A stretch of 32,000 nt of DNA from positions 645,776 through 677,775 of the forward strand of contig NC_001263.1 of assembly GCF_000008565.1 (NCBI RefSeq), read 5' to 3'. The notes under the pieces were generated by a model, which saw only the letters and a list, made by a program, of their open reading frames with translations, made no database searches and was not told the origin of the DNA. This DNA comes from Deinococcus radiodurans R1 = ATCC 13939 = DSM 20539. GTDB lineage: Bacteria; Deinococcota; Deinococci; Deinococcales; Deinococcaceae. Positions 30,980 through 32,000 of the stretch are shown here, in pieces (position 1 is the stretch's first letter; each line of letters starts with the position of its first letter). The translations under genes and the position numbers were made by a program.

Positions 30980-32000
<1,021 letters not shown>

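Overview
This is a high-GC, Deinococcus-type chromosomal segment. The IS element and the FrnE-like protein match what I remember from D. radiodurans. All homology calls rest on motif recognition by eye, and nothing was searched.

nt 1-25,700 is ordinary core genome: ftsA (3' end) and ftsZ, an EEP-family hydrolase, azlCD, rsmI-pfkA, tRNA-Gly and tRNA-Pro, metK, coaD, rsmD, mobA, era, an AAA+/TPR/membrane gene cluster, arginase, a Na+/H+ antiporter, a GNAT, alpha/beta hydrolases, a PhoX-like lipoprotein, a DAACS symporter, an MBL hydrolase bracketed by inverted small repeats, and a frnE-like DsbA oxidoreductase.

nt 25,700-30,980, wedged between frnE and the 3' end of carB, is an accessory island.
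- It holds two toxin-antitoxin cassettes (HTH-PIN and RHH-MazF).
- It holds a strongly AT-rich block with a single-HKD PLD-type nuclease translationally coupled to an unknown 161-aa protein.
- A convergent DUF4238 gene follows.
- The two TA cassettes and the PLD pair are each preceded by a copy of the same hairpin-containing repeat.

The DUF4238 gene is split by a complete 1736-bp IS200/IS605 element of ISDra2 type (Y1 tnpA plus 408-aa tnpB) inserted exactly 3' of TTGAT. The 3' end of tnpB and the right end carry the structured omega/reRNA scaffold of the TnpB RNA-guided nuclease. Its read-through guide plus the TTGAT on the other side would recreate a target only in the IS-free allele.

The best candidates for something new are the PLD-plus-unknown pair and the repeat-delimited cassette architecture. 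The TnpB/omegaRNA module is the most mechanistically striking system in the window, but it is already described in the literature.
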